Of a DNA stretch of 64,000 nucleotides, positions 19,915 to 29,400 are shown piece after piece; positions within the stretch are counted from its first letter, which is position 1, and each line of letters opens with the position of its first letter. The notes under the pieces were generated by a model. That model searched no databases, had not been told where the DNA came from, and saw only the letters and a list, made by a program, of their open reading frames with translations. Both the position numbers and the translations under genes were made by a program. Source of the stretch: Candidatus Multivorans sp. (GTDB lineage: Bacteria > Acidobacteriota > Thermoanaerobaculia > Multivoradales > Multivoraceae); NCBI GenBank assembly GCA_965224025.1, contig OZ245033.1:2432001-2496000 (forward strand). The letters are read 5' to 3'.

Positions 19915-20075
19915 GAGCAGAGGATACGCCCCTTCGTCAGTCCGTCGCGCCCCTACCGGATGCGCCGGCCTTCTGGCCGCCATCCGCCCGTCCGGGAAGG
20001 GAGGGCTTGCCGTTGCACTAGAGTTGCCGGCGTCGGTTAGCCGCTCGTCGCGCCGAATCCGTGGAGGTCCAAGCC

Positions 20076-21905
20076 ATGCTGTTGTCCTTGCTCCGTTTCC
20101 GTACCTCGCATCTCCCGTTGCCGGCCGCCGCCGCTTCGGCCTTCCTTCTTCTGGCTGGCTGCGCCGGCGAGCCCCGCCCCTCGGCGGCCGAGTTCACCGA
20201 CGCCGCCGACGAAGCCGTCCTCGGCAACAGCTACAACCTGAGCCGGGCCCAGTGGGTGCAGGCGACTTACATCAACGACGACACGAACGCGTTGGCGGCC
20301 CGCGCCAGCGCCGCCTTCCTGGGCCGGATGGTCGAGTTGGCGAAGGAGGCGGCGACCTACGATGCCGAGGGCGAAGCCGAGGACACAGCACGCAAGCTGG
20401 GGCTGCTGCGGAGCGGCCTGACCCTGGCGGCGCCGGCCGACGAGGCGAAGCTGACCGAGCTGACCGAGATCACGACCCGGATGGAAGCAACCTACGGCTC
20501 GAGCAAGCACTGCCCGGACGGTCCGAACACGGACACCTGCCGTTCCCTGGGCGACCTGGAGGACGTGATCGACAACAGTCGTGACGCCGGCGCGCTGCTC
20601 GACGCCTGGGAGGGTTGGCGCACGATCTCACCGCCGATGCGCGCCGACTACCAGCGCTTCGTCGAGCTCTCGAACGAGGGTGCGCAGAGCCTCGGGTTCG
20701 CCGACAGCGGCGCCATGTGGCGGTCGAAGTACGACCTGCCGCCGGAGGACTTCGCCGCCGAGGTCGACCGCCTCTGGAGCCAGGTCAAGCCGCTCTACGA
20801 CGACCTGCAGTGCCACGTCCGGGCGGAGCTTTCGGATCACTACGGAGCGGACGTCGTGGACCCGGCCGGCCCGATCCCGGCGCACGTCCTGGGCAACATG
20901 TGGGCGCAGACGTGGTCGAACGTCTACGACCTGGTGGCGCCGCCGGCGGCGGACCCCGGCTACGACCTGACCGAGATCCTCAAGAGCCGGGGCGCCTCCG
21001 AGATCGAGATGGTCGAGATGGCCGAGGGCTTCTTCACCTCGCTGGGGATGGAGTCGCTGCCGGACACGTTCTGGGAGCGCTCGCAGTTCGTCAAGCCGCG
21101 GGACCGCGAGGTCGTCTGTCACGCCAGCGCCTGGCAGCTCGACCTTGACGAGGACGTCCGGATCAAGATGTGCATCGACATCAACGCCGAGGACTTCTCG
21201 ACCATCCACCACGAACTGGGCCACAACTACTACCAGCTCGGCTACCGCGACCAGGCGCCGCTGTTCCGGGACAGCGCCAACGACGGCTTTCACGAGGCGC
21301 TCGGAGACACGATCGCCCTCTCGGTGACGCCGGGTTACCTGGTCGACATCGGACTGCTGGACGAAGCGCCGTCGGCGGACGCGGACCTGGGGCTGCTGAT
21401 GCAGATGGCGCTCGACAAGGTGGCCTTCCTCCCCTTCGGCCTGCTGATCGATCGCTGGCGCTGGGCCGTCTTCTCGGGCGCGACGCCGCCGGAGGAGTAC
21501 AACGCAGCCTGGTGGCGTCTTCGGGAGCAGTACCAGGGCGTCGCGGCGCCGAGCGAACGGACCGAGGAGCACTTCGATCCGGGGGCCAAGTACCACGTTC
21601 CGGGCAACACCCCTTACACCCGCTACTTCCTGGCGCACATCCTCCAGTTCCAGTTGCACCGCGACCTGTGCGCGGCGATCGGCTACGAGGGGCCGCTGCA
21701 TCGCTGCTCGATATACGGCAACGAGGAGGCCGGAAGGCGTCTGAGTGAGATGATGGCGATGGGCCTGAGCCGCCCGTGGCCGGATGCGCTGGAGGCGGCC
21801 ACCGGCAGCCGCGAGATGGACGCGATGGCGATCCTCGACTACTTCGCCCCGCTCGCCGGGTGGCTGAAGGAGCAGAACGAGGGCCGGACCTGCGGCTGGA
21901 GTTGA
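20076..21905 (+). CDS. M2-family peptidyl-dipeptidase (ACE-like) lipoprotein
   Basis: Lipobox LAGC; GPIPAHVLGNMWAQTW, VVCHASAW, HHELGH, ANDGFHEALGD and FDPGAKYHV. Confidence 0.93.
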   Translation: MLLSLLRFRTSHLPLPAAAASAFLLLAGCAGEPRPSAAEFTDAADEAVLGNSYNLSRAQWVQATYINDDTNALAARASAAFLGRMVELAKEAATYDAEGEAEDTARKLGLLRSGLTLAAPADEAKLTELTEITTRMEATYGSSKHCPDGPNTDTCRSLGDLEDVIDNSRDAGALLDAWEGWRTISPPMRADYQRFVELSNEGAQSLGFADSGAMWRSKYDLPPEDFAAEVDRLWSQVKPLYDDLQCHVRAELSDHYGADVVDPAGPIPAHVLGNMWAQTWSNVYDLVAPPAADPGYDLTEILKSRGASEIEMVEMAEGFFTSLGMESLPDTFWERSQFVKPRDREVVCHASAWQLDLDEDVRIKMCIDINAEDFSTIHHELGHNYYQLGYRDQAPLFRDSANDGFHEALGDTIALSVTPGYLVDIGLLDEAPSADADLGLLMQMALDKVAFLPFGLLIDRWRWAVFSGATPPEEYNAAWWRLREQYQGVAAPSERTEEHFDPGAKYHVPGNTPYTRYFLAHILQFQLHRDLCAAIGYEGPLHRCSIYGNEEAGRRLSEMMAMGLSRPWPDALEAATGSREMDAMAILDYFAPLAGWLKEQNEGRTCGWS

Positions 21906-21920
21906 CAGTCCGTGGATTCC

Positions 21921-21944
21921 TGGGAACGCGGGCATCCTGCCCGC
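21921..21944. repeat. REP-like palindrome
   Basis: TGGGAAC-GCGGGCA-TCC-TGCCCGC; same architecture as 46646-46670. Confidence 0.45.
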
Positions 21945-21970
21945 ATCCGGGTTCACCGTATGAGGCCCCC

Positions 21971-22771
21971 ATGCTGATTGCCACCTGGAACATCAACGGC
22001 CTGGGCGCGCGCTTCGACTTCCTCGTCCACTGGCTCAAGGCGCGGCGGCCGGACGTCGTCGGCCTCCAGGAACTGAAGGCGACGGCGGATCGCTTCCCCC
22101 GGCAAGCGCTCGAGGAACTCGGCTATCGGTCTGCGGTGTGCGGTCAGAAGGCGTGGAACGGCGTCGCCGTGCTCTCGCGCCATCCGATCGAAGAGGTGCA
22201 AGCGGGCCTGCCGGGCGAGGAGGGGGCGGGCGCCCGCCTGACGCGGGTGCGGACCGCGGGGCTCGATTTCACGACCGTCTACTGCCCGAACGGCAAGGAC
22301 ATAGATCACCTGGACTATCCCCGCAAGCTGGCGTGGTTCGAGTCGCTTCGCGACTACCTCGACGGTTCGCTCGGCGCCGATGAGCCGGCGGTTCTCTGCG
22401 GCGACTTCAACATCGCACCGACCCGCCTCGACACCCACGACGAGGACCGTCTGGCCGGCGGCATCCACCACACAGAGGCGGAGCGGGCGCGGTACCGGGC
22501 GCTGCTGGACCTTGGGTTCGTCGACCTGTTTCGGGAACTCCATCCGGACACGGTCAAGTTCTCGTGGTGGGACTACCGCTTCGGCGCCTTCCACCGCAAC
22601 CTCGGCCTGCGGATCGACTTCCTGCTGGCGACGGAAGCGGTCCGGGCCCGGGTGGAACACGTCGAGACCGACCGCGACTACCGCAAGAAGAAGGAAGGCC
22701 TGATCGCCTCGGACCACGCACCGGTGATGGCCAGACTGACTTCGTCGCCCGGTTGCGACACCCCGGGGTGA
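21971..22771 (+). CDS. xth: Exodeoxyribonuclease III
   Basis: IATWNING, GLQELK, NGVAVLS, CGDFNIAP, FSWWDYR, GLRIDFLL and SDHAPV. Confidence 0.95.
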   Translation: MLIATWNINGLGARFDFLVHWLKARRPDVVGLQELKATADRFPRQALEELGYRSAVCGQKAWNGVAVLSRHPIEEVQAGLPGEEGAGARLTRVRTAGLDFTTVYCPNGKDIDHLDYPRKLAWFESLRDYLDGSLGADEPAVLCGDFNIAPTRLDTHDEDRLAGGIHHTEAERARYRALLDLGFVDLFRELHPDTVKFSWWDYRFGAFHRNLGLRIDFLLATEAVRARVEHVETDRDYRKKKEGLIASDHAPVMARLTSSPGCDTPG

Positions 22772-22831
22772 CCGGAACAGGCCTCCCCTTGTCCGGAAGG
22801 GGATCGGGTCGTAGTCGCTAGAATGGTCGAT

Positions 22832-23479
22832 ATGAAACACGCGATTGATCTCATGACGGCGCAGAGTCGCTTCACCCGACGTGCGGCGGTGCCGCTGGGT
22901 GTCGTGCTGGCCTTGACTTTCGCTGCCCTTCTTCAGCCAGGGTCGCAGGCGGTTGCGCAGGCCGTCGAAGTCGAGGACCAGAAAGAAGAAGGCCCCAGGA
23001 AGAGGACCGGCACCAGCCGGCCCACGCCGCCTGAAGGTCAGGTGTACATGTGGAAGGACGGCGATCGCAGTTTGAGAGCCTTCCTTCAGGCGGACCTGAT
23101 TGTGTCGAAGGAGGGCGCCGTCTCACCCGTGGGGATCCCGGTCGCGAGAACGCCAGAGGGGAGGATCGTCCGGGTATCCAGCGCGAGCCAGGTCGAAGGG
23201 CAGCCGGTGTTCAGGTCGTCCTCCGGCGCCCTGATGACGCTGCCTGGGGGCGTCCTGCTGGTCTTCGATTCGGATTGGGGCGAAGCTGAAGCGGACTCCT
23301 TCTTCGCGGCCAATGGCATCGGGACAGACCGACTCTCGGCGCTCGGCGCCATCCCGAACGGCTTCGTCGTGGCGACCGAACCCGGTTTCGCTTCCATGGA
23401 GCTTGCGAACGCTCTTGCGGGACAGGACGGCGTCAGGCTGTCCAGCCCCAACTGGTGGAGAGAGCGCACGCCGCGGTAA
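22832..23479 (+). CDS. Secreted hypothetical protein with a C-terminal subtilase-propeptide-like domain
   Basis: Signal peptide; C-terminal GGVLLVF...SMELANALAGQDGVRLSSPNW resembles ferredoxin-fold S8 prodomains. Start uncertain (22823, 22832 or 22853). Confidence 0.6.
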   Translation: MKHAIDLMTAQSRFTRRAAVPLGVVLALTFAALLQPGSQAVAQAVEVEDQKEEGPRKRTGTSRPTPPEGQVYMWKDGDRSLRAFLQADLIVSKEGAVSPVGIPVARTPEGRIVRVSSASQVEGQPVFRSSSGALMTLPGGVLLVFDSDWGEAEADSFFAANGIGTDRLSALGAIPNGFVVATEPGFASMELANALAGQDGVRLSSPNWWRERTPR

Positions 23480-23499
23480 CGCCGCTTGCTGAGGGTCAG

Positions 23500-26400
23500 A
23501 TGTTCCAATCCGCGTCCGTGAGGCGGCTACGGCAGGCGCTGTTGCTTGCCGCTGTTGCCGCCGGTTTGCTTCTGCCCGATCCGGCAAGGGCCCAGGACAC
23601 GTCACTGACCCCCTCTCCGGACGATCCGGATGTGGCTGTCCGTTCCGAAGCCCTCTACGACATCACGTTCACCGGCGCGTGGACGACCACCGTGACGCCG
23701 GGCGGACTTCCCGGAGGCGCGCACTTCTCGCGCCTGATCGGCGGTGTTCATAACGACGAGGTGACTTTCCTCAAGGGCGGCGAAGAGGCGTCCGCCGGAG
23801 TGGAGTCGATGGCCGAGCTAGGCGGCTACTCGACTCTGAGGAACGAAATCAACGCGGCCGGCGCCGACCGGCTGAGCACTATCCAAGGCACGAGCGACTT
23901 CATCAGCCCAACGGCGACGGTAACCTTCGACGAGGTCACGTTGACCACCGATCACCCCCGCGTCACGCTGGTGACGATGATCGCCCCCAGCCCGGATTGG
24001 TTCGTGGGCGTTTCCAGTCTGACGCTGCTCGGCAGCTCCGGCGACTGGAAGGACTCGGTGTCGGTAGACCTCTATCCCTGGGACGCCGGAACCGAGGACG
24101 GCACGGAGTTCTCGTTGAGCAACGACGCGACGGATCCGCAAGGCGTCATCACGAGCCTTCAGGGTATCGGAAAGTTCAACAGCAACAAGATTGCAACGCT
24201 GGAGATCACACTGAAGTCGACTGTGACCGCGGCGCCGACGATCAGCGCCGTTCACCCGGGCGACGAAGCCCTGACTGTCCTCTGGACTGCGCCCTCGGGC
24301 GTCACGGACATCACCGCCTACGACCTGCGGTACATCCTGACCAGCGCCGACGAGACCGTCGACTCGAACTGGACGGTGGTGGAGGACATCTGGACCGAGG
24401 GGTTGCTGCGGCACGTGCTCACCGGGTTGACCGACGGCTCCGGTTACGACGTTCAGGTGCGCGCGGTGACCAACACCGACGGCATGTGGTCAGCGACCGT
24501 CACGGGGACGCCGACCGAGCCGGGCAACACGTTCGGCACGGCCCTCACGCTCCCTCTTGACCTTCCGCTTGGTGGTGACATCGACGTGCCGAACGACCTG
24601 GACATCTTCGAGTTCACGTTGACGGGAGAAACCGGAGTGATCCTTTTGGCTCTCGGTGACATCGACACCGTGGCCGTGCTGTACGACGAGGATGGCAATT
24701 TCCTTGACGCGAATGATGACGGTGGCCGAGTGGGCGAGCCGCTGAACTTCCTGATCTGGGAGACCCTTGGGGCCGGGACCTACTACCTTGAGGTCTCGAC
24801 ACGTCTCTTCTCGTTCGACACCGGGCCCTACCAGGTCCGCGTCAATACGATCGTGGACACCACCGGCCTCAGCGACGCGAAAGAAGTCGAAGTCGGCAGC
24901 TTCGAGAACGGTCTGATCGACCCGGAGGAAGACGAGGACTACTTCCGGTTCACTCTCACCGAGGAGACCGACGTCATCCTCCGTTCGGGCCCGCCGGTCG
25001 CCGACACCGTCGGTGAACTCCTCAACAACAGTGGAACGTCGATCACGGAGAACGACGACGGATTCGTGCTTGGCCGCCCCGCTCAGTTTCTGATTCGCAG
25101 GAAGCTGGCGGCGGGCACCTACTACGTCAAGGTCAAGGCGTTCTCGGAAAAAGTGACGGGGCTGTACTCCTTCCACGTCGAGACGGTGACCGAGCCGGGA
25201 AGCACGATCGCAGACGCCGCTTCGCTGGAATTCCGTGAAATCGGGGCGGGGAGAATCGACCCGTCGACCGACGCCGACTACTTCAAGATCGTGCTATCCG
25301 AGGCGACCCATGTGTTTGGCCGGGCCGTGAGCAATACGGTGGACATCGACGGGGCGCTGCTCGACGGCAACGGTGACGCCGTCACGGCGAACGTCTTCGA
25401 GCAGGACTTCCGGTCCGACGGTCCCATGGGCTTCACGTTGGCCGATCGGCTGGACGCGGGAATCCACTACATCAAGGTGACTCGGTCCGGCGGCGACAAC
25501 ACCGGCGGCTACTCGATTCGGATGACCGAAGACGAGGACATGAATCAGTTCGTCGCCGATTGCTCCGCCCTGCCCGCTCCGTTCAGCGATCCCCTGTCCG
25601 GGTGTCAGTGGAACCTGAAGAACACCGGGCAGCTCGGCGGCACGTCGGGGCAGGACATCCGGGTGGAGGACGTCTGGACGGACGGCAACATGGGCGCCGG
25701 CATAGGTGTAGCGGTGGTCGACGTCGGACTGCACGAAGCTCACCCCGACCTGATCGACAACGTGGATACGGCCCGCGGCCACGACTACACTAACAATGGG
25801 GACGGCCTGCTCTACCCGTTCAACTCCCACGGTACGTCGGTGGCCGGCGTCATCGCGGCGCGGGACAACGACCTCGGGGGCCGGGGCGTCGCGCCGCGCG
25901 CGAGGGTCTACGGATACAACCTTCTGCGGTCCGGGAGCTACGAGAAGGAGGTTGACGCGATGACCCGCAACATGGCGACGACGGGGGCGTCGAGCAACAG
26001 TTGGGGGGCCTTGGAGGGACCGGGCCTGGACCCGGCCGCGGAAACCTGGGAGATGGCCATCGACACCGGAGTCGAAACCGGATACGGCGGCAAGGGTGTC
26101 GTCTACGTCTGGTCCGCGGGAAACGGTGCACCCGACGACAACGCGAACTTCGACGGGTACGTGAACTACTACGGCGTCACCGCGGTCTGCGCCGTGAACG
26201 ACCGGGGCCAGAGGTCGGCGTACTCGGAGTTGGGAGCCACTCTATGGATCTGCGCTCCGTCGAATGGGGGGAGCGCCGGCATCTTGGCCACCTACAACTA
26301 CGGTCGTTACGGTGACAGCTTCGGAGGCACTTCCGCCGCGGCGCCGACCGTCTCCGGCGTCGTTGCTCTGGTGCGCGCCGCCAACACGGCGCTGACTTGG

Positions 26401-29400
26401 CGGGACGTGAAGCTGATCCTGGCGGCTTCGGCCCGAAAGAACGACACCTCCAATAGCGGTTGGCGCACCGGGGCCTCGAAGTACGGCGCCACGGGAAGGT
26501 ACAACTTCAACCACGAGTACGGCTTCGGGGTCGTGGACGCGAAGGCCGCGGTGGCCCTCGCTTCCGGCTGGAAGATCCTCTCACCCTTCATCGAGACCGA
26601 TCCGGTGGAGGCGACGCCGGACCTGGGCATCCCGGACGCGACGACCTCCGACCCCGGCGCGACGGTCATGAGCACCGTCACTATAGGCACGGAGGTCGAG
26701 TTCATCGAGTTCGTCGAAATCGTGGCCGATTTCGAGGCGCCGGCGTTCAGGGACCTGCGGGTGGAACTCGTCTCGCCGTCCAACACGGTGTCGACGCTGG
26801 CTGTTCCATCCGGTGCCTTGGATGAGGACGGGAACACCTTCGGGATCGACCCCGACTTCCGATTCGGGTCGGCAAGGCATCTGGGCGAGGACCCCGCCGG
26901 AACCTGGACGCTGCGCGTCACCGACCACGCGACGGAAGACACCGCGACGCTCAAGTCGTGGAGCCTCAAGATCTTCGGCCACCGATCGACGCCCGGCGCC
27001 CCGGCCGTTCCCATCGCGACACCGGGTCAGCGGGCTCTGACCGTCTTCTGGTCGGCGCCCTCGACCATCGGCGCGTCCGAGGTCACCACCTACGACGTGC
27101 GCTACATCCTGAGCGACGCCGCGGACAAGGCGGACAACCGCTGGACGGAGGAGACGGGCGTTTGGACGTCGGGTTCGCTGAGTCACACGGTGACTGGTCT
27201 GCTGGACGATACGAAGTACGACCTTCAGCTCCGCGGAGTGAATGCCAAGGGCGGGGGAGCCTGGTCGGAATCGGTTTCCGTTGAGACCCTGCCTAACCGG
27301 CCGCCGGTAGCCGTCGGTTCGCTGGTGGGGCCGGACCTGCAGGTTGGCGACGGCAGCGAGGACTTGGACGTGTCCGGGGCTTTCGAGGATCCCGACGACG
27401 ACACGTTGACGTACGACGCGTCTTCGTCGGCGCCGGCGGTGGCGGAGGCCGGGATATCGGGGGACCGGGTCACCCTGACCCCTGTGGCGCGGGGGACTGC
27501 GACGATCATGGTGACGGCGACCGATGTGACCGGCTCGAACATGGCGGCGACGCAGCGTTTCGATGTGAGGGTGAAGGGAAGGCGCGGCGTGACGATCTCG
27601 GAGGACGCGTTGATGGTCGACGAGGGGTCGTCAGAGACCTACACCGTGGTGCTGGACTCTGAGCCGACGGGCCCCGTCACCGTGACGCCGTCTGTCCCAG
27701 CCAACCGCGATCTGTCGGTGGATCCGACGGAACTCGAGTTCACGACGGGGAACTGGCAGATCGAGAGGTTCGTGACCGTGGAAGCGGCGACGGACGCCAA
27801 TACGAACTCCGAGCCGCCAGTCGCGATCAGCCACCGGGTGAGCGGCGCCGACTACGGCTCGGTCACGGCGCCATCCGTGCGGGTGACGATCGTGGAGACG
27901 GACACGTCGACGCTGTCGGTCGAGGGGGCGGAGGCGTCCGAGAGCGGGGGCACAGTAACGTTCGAGGTGACGCTGAGCAAGGCGGGCACCTCGGAGATCA
28001 CGGTGGACTACAGGACCTCCGACGGTTCAGCGCGGGCGGGTACGGACTACACGGCGGCGAACGGCACGCTGACTTTTCCGGTGAGTTCGATGGCGTCGCA
28101 GCAGATCGTCGTGGACATCACGAACGACACGGAGGACGAGGCAGAGGAGGAGTCCTTCCGGCTAACGCTCCGCAATGCGCAGCACGCGTCGCTCGCCGGC
28201 GGCGGTTCGACGCTGCAGGTGACGGGAACGATTCGTGACGACGACGATCCGGAAGTCGAGGTGTCGTTCGGTTCGGCAAGTTACGGCGTGACGGAAGGCC
28301 GGGCGGTGACGGTGGTCGTGCGTCTGAACCGCGATCCGGAGCGGGATCTGGATATCGACCTCGACCGCACGCACCACGGCGACGCCACGGATGCGGACTA
28401 CTCGGGTGTGCCATCGAGCGTGGCCTTCGGGCCGGACGTGAGGACCCAGGAGTTCCTTTTTATGGCGACGGACGACACCGTGGACGACGACGGCGAGGCG
28501 GTGGTGCTGAGCTTCGGCTCACTGCCGTCTCGTGTGACCGCGGGCGGCAGCGGCGAGACGACGGTGGCGATCCAGGACAACGACGGCGGCCTGCCGGTGC
28601 CTCCTCCGCCCCCACCACCACCACCACCACCACCACCGCCACCACCGCCACCACCGCCACCACCGCCACCGCCGCCACCACCGCCACCACCGCCACCACC
28701 ACCACCGCCCCCGCCACCGCCACCGCCACCTCCGCCACCGCCACCGCCCCCGCCACCGCCCCCGCCACCGCCGCCAGAGGTGTCGGTCACGGCGGCGTCG
28801 GCCTCGGAGAGTGCCGGCGCGATGGTCTTCGATGTCCGTTTGAGTGCGTCCAGCAGTTCCGCGGTGACGGTGGACTACGCCACTGGGGACGGCCCTGGCG
28901 CCGCGGGAGCGAAAGCAGGTTCGGACTACACGGAGACGCAGGGCAGCCTGAGATTCCCCGCCGGTTCTTCAGCGCGGCAGATTCGTGTCCCGGTCACGGC
29001 CGACGGAGAGGATGAGGAGGAAGTGGAGACCTTCACGTTGACGCTTCGCAATCCGGTCAACGCGACCCTGGCCGGCGGTGGATCGGCGCTGCAGGTTGTG
29101 GGGGCGATCCTCGATGACGACGACCCGGAGGTCGTGGTGTCGTTCGGTTCGTCGAGCTACGCGGCGCCGGAGGGCGGGACGGTTGAGGTGACGGTCGTTC
29201 TGAGCGGTGATCCGGAGCGGGAAGTGTCGATTCCTTTGGTTCGGACCCACGGTGGCGGCGCGTCGGAGTCGGACTATTCGGGCGTGCCTGAGCGGGTGAC
29301 GTTCAGCAGCGGCGTGACGACGCAGACCTTCGAGTTCACGGCCGCGGACGACAGCGAGGCGGACTTCGGCGAATCGGTGGTTCTTGGTTTTGGCGTTTTG

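Noticed and set aside
28600-28776. CCA/CCG repeat as a CRISPR array or non-coding satellite; poly-Gly ORF 28398-28790 on the minus strand
   Set aside because: No repeat-spacer structure; the tract is in frame within the protease, and the minus-strand ORF is its shadow.
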